DNA of 64,000 nucleotides from Vulcanimicrobiota bacterium (lineage in GTDB: Bacteria; Vulcanimicrobiota; Xenobia; Xenobiales; JADMJV01), in NCBI GenBank assembly GCA_050250895.1, contig JBFWNU010000003.1:682109-746108 (forward strand), read 5' to 3'. Shown here piece by piece: positions 27,688-36,847 of this stretch; the stretch's first letter is position 1; each line of letters begins with the position of its first letter. The translations under genes were made by a program, and so were the position numbers. Under the pieces are notes generated by a model. That model saw only the letters and a list, made by a program, of their open reading frames with translations, was not told the origin of the DNA and made no database searches.

Positions 27688-28608
27688 CTAATACATGTTG
27701 GGCTGATGACCTTTGGTCATCATGCGCTGCTCGAAGGTCTCGCGGTCGATCTCGCCGAGGGCTCGGGCTTTGACATCGGGGTCTCTCCACGAGTTGGGCT
27801 CGGCGCCCGTCACTTTGTAGACACCGGCTTCGAGTTTGCGCCAGAAGTCGGTCTTGTCGAGCACGGGGTTCCACATGCCGTTGACGATGCAGTAGTAGGT
27901 GTCCCAGGGCTTGGTGTGATGCTGAGCGTGATTGGCCGGGCTCTGGGCCAGGCCGGTTTTCTGAAGGAATTTTGCGAAGGCGGGCGGGTTCTCTTCGTGC
28001 GAGTAGCGGTGCGAACCCTGAGCCAGGTAGCCACCGGCGAAGAAGCTGATGGCCGCGGCGCCCAGCGCGGGAGTTAGCAGGCCCACCGTAGGAGTGGTCG
28101 GGGTCAGGAAGGCGGCGGCCAACAGCGGAAACGACATCGCCGAGCCGGCGGGATACATGTTCGACAACAGCGTGCCTCGGGAGAGGTCGGTGGCGTCGTT
28201 GTGATGCACCTGGAACTCGGCCGCCATCGGGCCCAGAATCGGGGTGTCGGGAGAAGGATAGTTGTCGATGGTCCAGTGGAAGACTCCGCTGGCCAGGTCG
28301 GCCGCGGCGTAAGCGCCCACGGCCGCGCCCACACAGGCGGCGCCGGCGGCGAGCTGAGTGCCCAGGTCGGGCATGGCGGCAATCTGCATGCCCATCTTGG
28401 TGAGCAGCATCGCGGTTCCGCCGGCCATGGCCGCCCCCACGACCTTGTGGGCCAGGTTGCTCTTGGGCTTGTTGACCGAGCCGGGGTTCTGGTCGATGGA
28501 GACGGTGTCTTCGGCTACGGGGGTCGAGGGTGTGTCGGCGGCGGCCGGCTTGGCCGTCGCCACAGCCGCAGGCGGGGCCTTGGGCTGGGCTAGTGAGAGA
28601 ACTTGCAT
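27688..28608 (-). CDS. carF: CarF/TMEM189 (PEDS1)/FAD4-family lipid desaturase
   Basis: ADLASGVFHWTIDNY, FQVHH, SHRYSH, HAQHH, YCIVNGMWN histidine pattern. Confidence 0.88.
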   Translation of the reverse strand: MQVLSLAQPKAPPAAVATAKPAAADTPSTPVAEDTVSIDQNPGSVNKPKSNLAHKVVGAAMAGGTAMLLTKMGMQIAAMPDLGTQLAAGAACVGAAVGAYAAADLASGVFHWTIDNYPSPDTPILGPMAAEFQVHHNDATDLSRGTLLSNMYPAGSAMSFPLLAAAFLTPTTPTVGLLTPALGAAAISFFAGGYLAQGSHRYSHEENPPAFAKFLQKTGLAQSPANHAQHHTKPWDTYYCIVNGMWNPVLDKTDFWRKLEAGVYKVTGAEPNSWRDPDVKARALGEIDRETFEQRMMTKGHQPNMY

Positions 28609-28650
28609 TTTTTTGACCTTTCGTGGGCCTCTGACGGACCCTATGACGTT

Positions 28651-28682
28651 AATTTAACGGTAGTGACTTAAAAAAGTCTGAT
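28651..28682 (-). promoter_or_regulatory. Direct-repeat promoter ATCAG-N6-TTAAG-N10-TAAATT
   Basis: Matches the geometry of the motifs at 9932, 36810 and 50193. Confidence 0.65.
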
Positions 28683-28731
28683 GGCCTCTTCAGGCGTTTA
28701 GCGCCAGGGTCGCTCGGGCAGGAGTCTGGTT

Positions 28732-29931
28732 GTGAAGGTTTCCACCGGAAGACTCAGTCTGGAGAGCCCCGAGCCGCAACGTCGCCGGGCCCTGGGCACG
28801 CTGTTTCTGACCATCTTCGTCAACCTGCTCGGGTTCGGCATCATCATTCCTTTGCTGCCCTTCTATGGCGTTCGGCTGGGAGCCTCACCCTCGGTCATCG
28901 GCTGGATTTTCGCTTCCTACTCGCTCTCTCAGCTCATCGCTTCGCCGATTCTGGGAGGATGGTCTGACCGCTGGGGCCGTCGACCCGTCCTGATTGGCAG
29001 CCTGATCGGAACGGTCCTCAGTTTTGCCCTGCTCGGCGTGGCTCACAGTGTGGCGCTGCTGTTCCTCTCGCGCATTCTCGACGGACTTTCGGGCGGCAAC
29101 ATTCCTACCGCTCGGGCCTACATCGCCGACATCACCCCGCCCGAGAAGCGGGCCCAGAGTTTCGCCTTGATCGGCATCGCCTTCGGGGCGGGTTTTGTGT
29201 TTGGCCCGGCCATGGGCGGGTTGCTGGCCAAGATCAGTCTCGATGCTCCGGCCTGGGGAGCGGCCGTGCTGGCGCTGCTGGCCACCGTGATGGCCTTCTT
29301 CTGGCTGCCTGAAACGGTCCACGTGACCGAGACCCGCAAGCCTCCCACCCTGTCCGCCTTCACCTCGGTCCTGGGCGACGGACGCCTGGCTTATCTCCTG
29401 TTGCTCGATTTCACCATCTGGGCGGCGGTGTCGGTCTATCAGACCACCTTCGCCCTCTTCGGAGAGCAGCGTTTTCAATGGGATGCCGACCAGGTTGGTC
29501 TGGTGCTGGCCGGAGCGGGCTTCGCCGGCGCGCTGGCCCAGGGAGGGCTGGTGCGGGTGATGGTGCCGCGACTGGGCGAGAAGAAGGTGCTCTCGCTGGG
29601 TCTGGCCATATCCGCCGTGGCCCTGGCCGGATGTGCCGGGGCCATGAGCCCGCGGCTCTTCATCGCCATTCTCATTCCCGCCGTCATCGGCAGCTCGATG
29701 GTCACGCCCGCCCTCATCAGCCTGGTGAGCCAATCGGCCGAGCGCGATGGCCAGGGCCGCGTCCAGGGCGTGGCCAGCTCGCTCGAGAGTCTGGGCCGGG
29801 CGCTAGGTCCCGTCTGGGGCAACAGCGTGCTCCAGCACTATGGTGGCGGGCCGGCCTATCTCTCGGCCGCCGTGGTGTTGGGCCTGGCCGCCCTCATGGC
29901 CACGGGTTTGCCTTCGCCAGCGAAGACCTAA
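28732..29931 (+). CDS. MFS transporter, TetA/DHA1-like
   Basis: Motif A GGWSDRWGRRPVL; RILDGLSGG; GFVFGPAMGG. Confidence 0.92.
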   Translation: MKVSTGRLSLESPEPQRRRALGTLFLTIFVNLLGFGIIIPLLPFYGVRLGASPSVIGWIFASYSLSQLIASPILGGWSDRWGRRPVLIGSLIGTVLSFALLGVAHSVALLFLSRILDGLSGGNIPTARAYIADITPPEKRAQSFALIGIAFGAGFVFGPAMGGLLAKISLDAPAWGAAVLALLATVMAFFWLPETVHVTETRKPPTLSAFTSVLGDGRLAYLLLLDFTIWAAVSVYQTTFALFGEQRFQWDADQVGLVLAGAGFAGALAQGGLVRVMVPRLGEKKVLSLGLAISAVALAGCAGAMSPRLFIAILIPAVIGSSMVTPALISLVSQSAERDGQGRVQGVASSLESLGRALGPVWGNSVLQHYGGGPAYLSAAVVLGLAALMATGLPSPAKT

Positions 29932-29966
29932 AGAGGACCGACGGAGCCGGGTCCGAAAGGCCGCCC

Positions 29967-30563
29967 ATGCTTAGACATCGCTTTCTTACCATCTTGCTTG
30001 CATTTGCCCTGGCTTTGCCGGGCCTGGCCGATCAGATTCGCATCGAAGCCATCCCGGCCTCGGCCGACGAGTTCCTGGCTCTGCGGGACCGCCTGGCCAC
30101 CACGCCCGAGGGCGGAGCCGCCTGTGTCATCGCCACGCTGTTGGCCTTCTCCAAAGACTACCAGGTGGGCATGCAGTGTCTGACCTTGATCCTCGACCAG
30201 CGCAACGTCGGTCAGGGGGATGTCTACAAAGGCCACGCCCCTATCTCGTCGATCATGTATCACATCGATCGCATCAGCGGCTACAATCTCTGGCCGTATC
30301 TCGGCTTCGCCTATATCAAAGGCGCCACGGCCGCCAACAACTACCAGACCAGCCCGCCCTATACGGTGGTCACCAAACGCCAGCGTAACAGCGGGACCGA
30401 CGAAAGTGGCCAGGTGAAGATCTTCATCTACAATGACGGCTTCAGCCCGCGCCCGGTCACCCTGCGCCGCAACGACAAGGGGATCTGGAAAGCCTACGAG
30501 CTTTCGAGCATGTTCCTCAACGTCAACCCGCCCGCTTCGACCGCTCCCAAAGACGATCTCTAG
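29967..30563 (+). CDS. Exported hypothetical protein (DUF6935-like)
   Basis: Signal peptide; TPEGGAA...YIKGAT.ANNY...PRPVTL...GIWK. Confidence 0.7.
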   Translation: MLRHRFLTILLAFALALPGLADQIRIEAIPASADEFLALRDRLATTPEGGAACVIATLLAFSKDYQVGMQCLTLILDQRNVGQGDVYKGHAPISSIMYHIDRISGYNLWPYLGFAYIKGATAANNYQTSPPYTVVTKRQRNSGTDESGQVKIFIYNDGFSPRPVTLRRNDKGIWKAYELSSMFLNVNPPASTAPKDDL

Positions 30564-30665
30564 GCCCACGGTTGCGCGAATCGCCGAAATCCCCGAAAAA
30601 TGGTGGTTCGGGGCGATCCTGGCTACTTGAATTTTCGGCTGGCTTATACTATAGTATGATCGTAA

Positions 30666-30962
30666 ATGGGTTCTAAACCAAAGTACAGCACTCCCTTCTA
30701 CGAGGGTCGCCTAGAAGAGGCCCTGACTCAGCACGAAGAGCGCGCCATCGAGAAGCACAACAAGCGTCTCGAGGAGAAGGCCAAGAAAGGCCAACCCCGC
30801 AATCCCTATCGGCCTCTGCTGCTCCCCGGAATCGCTTTCACCCTCCTCGTCGCCGGCCTGGCCGTCATCGCGCCCAAGTTCACCGGCATTCTGGCCGGCA
30901 TCCTCGTCTTCACCGGCGCCTTGACGGTCTTCTTCACCTCAATCCGCAACAAAGAAGACTAG
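30666..30962 (+). CDS. Small two-TM membrane protein
   Basis: Sigma70-like TTGAAT-17-TATAGT upstream; two hydrophobic helices. Confidence 0.75.
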   Translation: MGSKPKYSTPFYEGRLEEALTQHEERAIEKHNKRLEEKAKKGQPRNPYRPLLLPGIAFTLLVAGLAVIAPKFTGILAGILVFTGALTVFFTSIRNKED

Positions 30963-30969
30963 GTGCCCG

Positions 30970-31932
30970 ATGCGGCGCCCAACCCTCCAAATTCTACTTG
31001 CCATTGTTTTGGTAGCTAGCCTTGCCCTGAGTTCGCGAGCAGTGCCCACGGACCCGGCTCTCGAGGCTGCTCTGGCCCGGTTGCACAGCCAGGACTGGTT
31101 CGAAGTTCGCGACGCTGCTCGCGCCTTGCGCAGCATCGGTTCGCCTGCGGTGCCTCGCTTGCTCGAGTTGCTGGATTCAGCCGAGACGATCCCGATTGGG
31201 CCAAAAGACCTCTGCACCGGCTATCTTTTTTGGTACCAGTTCGACTACGTCTCGGTTCGGGCGGGCTACACTCTTGAGGGCCTGGCCTTTAAAGACTTCG
31301 GCTTTGCTGACCCTGACCCCAAGCCGACCACACCCGAACAGTGGGCGTGCCATCGTCAGGCCGCCGCGGCCCGTGCCAGGGCCTGGTGGGCCCAGCAGGA
31401 TCCCAGTTGGCAACGCGTCGACGCCCTCGAAGAGGCGCTATCCGTACCGAGTAGCGGCAATTGGCGGGCGTTATCATTCTTGAACAACGAGTCGTGGGCC
31501 CGGTCCTGGCGAGAGGCCGAGCTCTGTGAGGGCCTGACCCGCGATGTATATTTCGACCGCATCGTTCCCGCTGTCGACCGCCTGCGCCCGCAAGTCGTGA
31601 CCGACCTTCAGGAGCAAATCGACGGCCTGCCTCACCAACCAGGACGGCCCCTCGCCTTGAGCCTCGACGGACTGACGCCCGGTCCGGGCGTAGAAGACAG
31701 GGAGCTGCAAGGCAGTCGCTTGGAGTTAGACGGACGAGTCATTGCCCGCGTCGGTGAGGATGCGACCAGGTTGGCGGCCCAAGGCCCCAGGATCGAGGTG
31801 CTCTGTGAAGACCAGGGGAGCATTTGGTTCTACGAGACGTTCCCGTTCCAAGCGATGGTTGTGATCGTGAGTGGGCGAATTGACTCGATTTATCTGCTCA
31901 CAGCGGAAGGTCCCTGGTCGAGAGAGGAGTGA
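30970..31932 (+). CDS. Exported hypothetical protein with a HEAT-like repeat
   Basis: Signal peptide; VRDAARALRSIGSPAVPRLLELL. Confidence 0.65.
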   Translation: MRRPTLQILLAIVLVASLALSSRAVPTDPALEAALARLHSQDWFEVRDAARALRSIGSPAVPRLLELLDSAETIPIGPKDLCTGYLFWYQFDYVSVRAGYTLEGLAFKDFGFADPDPKPTTPEQWACHRQAAAARARAWWAQQDPSWQRVDALEEALSVPSSGNWRALSFLNNESWARSWREAELCEGLTRDVYFDRIVPAVDRLRPQVVTDLQEQIDGLPHQPGRPLALSLDGLTPGPGVEDRELQGSRLELDGRVIARVGEDATRLAAQGPRIEVLCEDQGSIWFYETFPFQAMVVIVSGRIDSIYLLTAEGPWSREE

Positions 31933-32888
31933 CCAGAAGCTTGCTCGCAAAGGTCAGCCTGTTGCTGTTGTTAGCATTTCCAGCGCGGGCTCAGGAATTG
32001 CGACTCGAGCTTGATGGAGTCGACATCGTATTTGCCTTGAAGGTTATTTGTCACCAGGCGGGCCTGACGCTCAATCGCGGGATCGACATGCCTGAGGAAC
32101 AGGTCACCATCCACGCCGACGGCCTGAGCGTCGACCAGGCCATCGGGTTGTGTCTCGAACAGGTGAAGACCTCCTATTTCTACGAGGTGCGCAAAGGCAA
32201 TCTGGCAATTGCCACCGCGGCCGAGTTTCCTCGCCTGCCGGATGAACTTGGGATCGATGTCTTGCACGAGGGGCCGAGCCAACGGCCCTCCCATTTCTAC
32301 CCCTCCAGCTGGCTGGACGATTTGCAGCGCGGCCTTGGCGGCGACCCCAAGGCTATTGCCGATGCCCTATACAAGCTCCATTGGATCCACTACGAGTCGT
32401 TCTGGAGCTTTCCAACCCACGACCCGTCCCGGTTCGAGGTCGCTCCATCGGGTACCGGTTGGATCGCCCGCTATCGACCTGATGCGAGCACTTGCGTCGA
32501 GTTGGTCAACAACGGACTCGAAGAAAGCATCCGGGCCAAGGGTAAGTCGCCCATTGCACTCTCGAGGCGGCTCCGGCTGCCGCGGCATGTGGAGCGGTTC
32601 GTGGGTCGAGCCAGCTATGAGGCCTCTGAGTCTCTCGGGCCCGAACTGGGGGACGGAACCTATGTCATCGTCCGTCCTTTCAATTGGTCAGACCAAACCG
32701 ACTTACCTGGGCCCGGAGTCCTGGTGAAGATCGCTGCGGAATCGTCGCCCCAAGAGGTCAGCAGACTCGATTTCAGCCGCGTCAACGGCCTGGTCCGTAG
32801 CATCGACATTGGAGTGCCCGGCGATCTGGCGGTCGAAGACGGACGCGTCCAGGTCATCGACTGGGACCCCTGGAGGGGCTCGCGTTAA
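31929..32888 (+). CDS. Exported hypothetical protein with STN-like N-terminal domain
   Basis: Signal peptide (ARA); LELDGVDIVFALKVIC...VTIHADGLSVDQAI; GTGA overlap. Confidence 0.6.
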   Translation: MTRSLLAKVSLLLLLAFPARAQELRLELDGVDIVFALKVICHQAGLTLNRGIDMPEEQVTIHADGLSVDQAIGLCLEQVKTSYFYEVRKGNLAIATAAEFPRLPDELGIDVLHEGPSQRPSHFYPSSWLDDLQRGLGGDPKAIADALYKLHWIHYESFWSFPTHDPSRFEVAPSGTGWIARYRPDASTCVELVNNGLEESIRAKGKSPIALSRRLRLPRHVERFVGRASYEASESLGPELGDGTYVIVRPFNWSDQTDLPGPGVLVKIAAESSPQEVSRLDFSRVNGLVRSIDIGVPGDLAVEDGRVQVIDWDPWRGSR

Positions 32889-32907
32889 TCTGTCCGAACC
32901 GTCGGTC

Positions 32908-33600
32908 ATGACGTTCCAAGAGCGGCTCGAAGAGGCTATCGATCTCAACGACGAAGGCAAGTACCGTAAGGCGCTGGGGCTGTTCAACAAGCTGGTGAAG
33001 GAGCAGCCCGCTCACTCCCAGGCCCGCTTCGAGCGGGCCATGGTCTTGATGAACCTCGACCAGGACGAGAAAGCCGCCAAGGACCTCGAAAAGGTGCTCG
33101 AAATCGAACCCGGCTACCCGGGCGCCAAAGAGTGGCTCGCCCGGGCCTCGGCCGGGCAGGGCAAGCTGCTGCTGGCCGCCGAGACGCTGCTCGAGGCGCT
33201 GCCCTCCAAGTCCGACGTCTCTCCTCAAAAGTGGGCCGACTGCGCCCGCCATTTCTTGGAGGGCGGCGAGGCCGGGCGAGCGCGTCAGACGCTCGAGACC
33301 TACTTCGCCGAGTATGAACCGCGAGTGACCACCTACGCCTGCTACCTGACCGCGCCGTGGCGCCTCTACGCCTCGATTCTAGCCGGTCAGGGCGAGCCCG
33401 ACCGGGCCCTGGAATTCGCCGAGCGCGCGGCTGCCCATCCTAACAAGGTTCCGGCCGATGACTTCATGCGCATCCAATGTCTGGCCCATCTTGGCCGCGT
33501 CGCCGAGGCCCGCGAGAGCCTGGAAGCGTTTCGTCCAGAATTTGAGGGGGCGCTTCCTTTTGACCAGGCCGAGGCGACTCTTCGGGGCCTGGGGTGTTAG
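32908..33600 (+). CDS. TPR protein
   Basis: ARFERAMVLMNL...DLEKVLEIEPGY. Confidence 0.75.
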   Translation: MTFQERLEEAIDLNDEGKYRKALGLFNKLVKEQPAHSQARFERAMVLMNLDQDEKAAKDLEKVLEIEPGYPGAKEWLARASAGQGKLLLAAETLLEALPSKSDVSPQKWADCARHFLEGGEAGRARQTLETYFAEYEPRVTTYACYLTAPWRLYASILAGQGEPDRALEFAERAAAHPNKVPADDFMRIQCLAHLGRVAEARESLEAFRPEFEGALPFDQAEATLRGLGC

Positions 33601-33754
33601 GCTCTGAGGAACCTCGGGATATCTGGGACGCCGGCCCACAGCCAGGCGACCCTGGAGGAGCATTTCAGGTCGATGGCGTTCCGTGGAACAAGAGGACCAG
33701 ACACTGGCTTGGGTCTAACCCAGGAGTTCGACTCGCCCGGAGGAACCTGAAAGC

Positions 33755-34273
33755 ATGCGAAAAGGCTTGCTTTTGTTGCTCCTGTTGACCCTGCCGACGC
33801 TGGCTCAGAATCAACCCCAGTATTATTACAAGCTTGATGGCAAGGCGTTTACCAGCCTCACCCACAAGGTTCAACTTCCCTTGCCCCAGGGCTGGACCGG
33901 AACTCTCGACCAGACCAGCTTCCTCCACCCCCTAAAGTTGACGCGGACCGAGGGCAGGGCCACCGCCGGGCTTCACTTCGAGGCCCCTACCAACCCCGAG
34001 ACGTTCGACCCCGACAAGCTCACCGCTCACTTTGGCAAGTCCTTCAAGGGTTTCCGAATCCAGGGGATTTTCGACCATATTCTGGCCGGTCACCCTTTTC
34101 ACGAAATCGACGCGGTCGATGCCAGTGGAGAACGTCTCACGATCCTGTGGGGTGGGGCCACCGATAGCGTGGTGACTCTCTTCATGAGAGCTGACCCCAA
34201 GATCCACCAACAAGCCCGCAGCGAGATGTTGCAAGCTGTACGGGGGCTGACCTACCTCAAGCTCGTCGACTAG
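33755..34273 (+). CDS. Exported hypothetical protein
   Basis: GGAGG upstream; signal peptide MRKGLLLLLLLTLPTLA. Confidence 0.7.
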   Translation: MRKGLLLLLLLTLPTLAQNQPQYYYKLDGKAFTSLTHKVQLPLPQGWTGTLDQTSFLHPLKLTRTEGRATAGLHFEAPTNPETFDPDKLTAHFGKSFKGFRIQGIFDHILAGHPFHEIDAVDASGERLTILWGGATDSVVTLFMRADPKIHQQARSEMLQAVRGLTYLKLVD

Positions 34274-36205
34274 ATGGGTATCGCCGGAGATCTCGCCCTC
34301 ATCCTGGTGGCCGCCCTTTTCGGAGGCCTGTTGGCCCATCGTCTGGGCCTGCCGCTCATTCTGGGCTACATCCTCGCCGGCGTGCTGGTGGGGCCCAACA
34401 CCATCGGTCCTACCGTCGGCGAGGTTCACCAGATCGAGTTGCTGGCCGATGTCGGAGTGGCGCTCTTGTTGTTCACGGTGGGCCTCGAGTTCCCCCTGGA
34501 ACGGCTGGCGCCAGTGCGGTCCATCGCCTTGCTCGGCACCCCCTTGCAACTGGCTCTCACGGTGGCCTATGGCTATGGGCTGGCCCGCCTGTTGGGGTGG
34601 ACGCCCAACGAAGGCTTGTGGTTTGGCTGCCTCATCTCGATTTCGAGCACCATGGTCGTGCTCAAGATCCTGATGGATCGGGGTCTCACCGATACTCTAT
34701 CGGGGCGGGTGATGGTCGGCATGCTGGTCATCCAGGATCTGGCCGTCATCCCCATGACCATCATCTTGCCCACCCTGAGCAACCTCGACGAAGGCTTGGC
34801 CGTCGTGGGGGCTGCTTTACTTCGCGCCACTTTGCTGCTGGCCGTGATGGCGGTCTTTGGCACCCGGGCGCTGCCGGCCGCCATGGCGCTGATCGCCTCC
34901 TGGCGCTCGCGCGAACTGTTCATCGTGTGGGTGGCGGCGATCGGGCTGGGGGTGGGCTATGCCACCTATGCCATCGGCCTGTCCTTTGCCTTCGGAGCCT
35001 TTCTGGCCGGAGTGGTGCTCAGCCGCTCGGAATACAGCCATCAGGCCCTCTCCGAGATCATCCCCCTGCGCGAGATTTTCTCCCTGGTCTTTTTCGTCAG
35101 CGTGGGAATGCTGCTCAAGCCCGAGTTTTTGCTCGAGCAGTGGGCCCGCATCCTGGTCGTGGTAGCGGCCGTGATGGTGGGTAAGGCCTTGATCTTCGGC
35201 GGACTGTGCCGGGCTTTCGGCTACCACAACATTCTGCCACTGGCGGTGGCCTTGAGTATGCCCCAGGTGGGCGAGTTCGCTTTCGTTTTGGCCCGGCTCG
35301 GGCGCGAGCATCAGGCTCTGGGAGACCCCATTTATTTCACGCTGCTGTCGGTGGCGGTGGTGAGCATGGGGTTGACTCCCTTCGCCTCGCAACCGGCCGC
35401 CCGGCTCTATCAGTGGTGGCGTTCTCGCCATCCGCTCCCCGAGAGCGAACCGCCTACCCCAATCGAGGGGAGTCCGGTGCTGGTGGCCGGCTTCGGAGTG
35501 ACCGGACGCTTCGTGGCGGCGGTCCTGTCTCGCCTCGAGCAGCCTTTCGTGGTCATCGAGGCCGACCCCCTCACCAGTCATCAGGCCCGCGAGGCCGGCT
35601 ATCAGACTATCGTCGGCGACGCCACCTCGGAGGTGGTGCTGGAAGCGGCCGGGGCTGCTCGGACCAAGCTGGCCATCGTGGCCCTCGACGAGCGTTTCAC
35701 CATCAACCTCACCGTCGAGCGCCTGCGCCACGTGAACCCCGGAGTCCGAATCGTGTCGCGAGCCACGTCGTTGGAGCATCTGGAAGAACTCTATTCGGCC
35801 GGCATCCACGAGGGGGTTCTGCCCGAGATGGAAGCCGGTCTTGAGTTGGCCCACCAAACCCTGTCTTATCTGGACTTTCATCCCGAGAACATCCTGGGAT
35901 TCCTCGATGGAGTGCGCCAATCGCACTATCAAGCAGTGCTAGGAACGTTGACCCCCAGTGCCCTCGAGCCCCTGTCCCAGTTGCGCATGGAGTGGCTGGG
36001 ATTGCCCGAGGCCAGCACTCTGAGCGGCCAGACCCTGGCCGAGGCCGGCATTCGAACCCAAACCGGAGCCTCGATCGTGGCCGTCATCCGCAACGATAAG
36101 CTTCTGCCCGAGACGGGGGCCGAATTTCGCCTGGAAGCCGGCGACCGCATCGCGGCCGTGGGCACGCGCGACCAGCGCAAGCGGCTCAAAGAGCTATTCG
36201 GCTAG
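34274..36205 (+). CDS. CPA2 cation:proton antiporter with TrkA-N and TrkA-C domains
   Basis: [32 protein letters not shown]; VAGFG; [14 protein letters not shown]. Confidence 0.93.
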   Translation: MGIAGDLALILVAALFGGLLAHRLGLPLILGYILAGVLVGPNTIGPTVGEVHQIELLADVGVALLLFTVGLEFPLERLAPVRSIALLGTPLQLALTVAYGYGLARLLGWTPNEGLWFGCLISISSTMVVLKILMDRGLTDTLSGRVMVGMLVIQDLAVIPMTIILPTLSNLDEGLAVVGAALLRATLLLAVMAVFGTRALPAAMALIASWRSRELFIVWVAAIGLGVGYATYAIGLSFAFGAFLAGVVLSRSEYSHQALSEIIPLREIFSLVFFVSVGMLLKPEFLLEQWARILVVVAAVMVGKALIFGGLCRAFGYHNILPLAVALSMPQVGEFAFVLARLGREHQALGDPIYFTLLSVAVVSMGLTPFASQPAARLYQWWRSRHPLPESEPPTPIEGSPVLVAGFGVTGRFVAAVLSRLEQPFVVIEADPLTSHQAREAGYQTIVGDATSEVVLEAAGAARTKLAIVALDERFTINLTVERLRHVNPGVRIVSRATSLEHLEELYSAGIHEGVLPEMEAGLELAHQTLSYLDFHPENILGFLDGVRQSHYQAVLGTLTPSALEPLSQLRMEWLGLPEASTLSGQTLAEAGIRTQTGASIVAVIRNDKLLPETGAEFRLEAGDRIAAVGTRDQRKRLKELFG

Positions 36206-36792
36206 GCTTCGACGCGCACAGCCACATCGCCCACCGTCAGCACCTCGCCATCGTTGGCCAGCCCCAGGCTCCGGCTCTGGCCGGGCGAGTCGGTCAGCAG
36301 CTCGACCAGGTCTTGCTGTCCTGGCACGAAGACCAGCAGCTGGGGCGGCTGCCCCGGACCAGGGGGGGCCAGGGCCCACTGAGCTTGCTCATTGTCGCTG
36401 ACTCGAACGGCGAATTCGCTCAGTGTCGGCCGCTCGATCTCCTTGACCTGAATCTCTTGCTCGATGCCGTTGAAACTGGGAAAGAGCCGTCCGTAGTGCA
36501 CTTCCGAGTGAATCAAATGGGGCGGCACGGTGTAATCGCCGGCCTCAAGCAGTAGGCCCGGCTCGGTCTGACGCCGCTGGCTGAGCTGCTCGAGATGGTC
36601 GGACGGGATGTGAGTAAAGCCGAACTGCTTGCTGAACGGGTCGACGAATCCGTCATAGATGCGCAGATACGACTGCTCGTGCGAGTCGACCACATACTCG
36701 TCGCTGCGTCCCTGGGGATGCGAGGCGCGGGTCAATTCAAAGCGATTGGCCAGGCGGTAGCCGCCGTGCACCAGCTGGGGCAAAGTATTCAT
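36202..36792 (-). CDS. Hypothetical protein
   Basis: GAGG SD; own direct-repeat promoter upstream. Confidence 0.65.
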   Translation of the reverse strand: MNTLPQLVHGGYRLANRFELTRASHPQGRSDEYVVDSHEQSYLRIYDGFVDPFSKQFGFTHIPSDHLEQLSQRRQTEPGLLLEAGDYTVPPHLIHSEVHYGRLFPSFNGIEQEIQVKEIERPTLSEFAVRVSDNEQAQWALAPPGPGQPPQLLVFVPGQQDLVELLTDSPGQSRSLGLANDGEVLTVGDVAVRVEA

Positions 36793-36809
36793 GGTTGGAC
36801 CTCGCCCCC

Positions 36810-36841
36810 AACTTAGGCCCCCAGGCTGAAATCAGCCTGAA
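36810..36841 (-). promoter_or_regulatory. Direct-repeat promoter TTCAG-N6-TTCAG-N10-TAAGTT
   Basis: Closely resembles the 9932 site (TTCAGG...TTTCAGCCTGG); also overlaps the palindrome CAGGCTGA-aa-TCAGCCTG. Confidence 0.6.
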
Positions 36842-36847
36842 ACCGAG

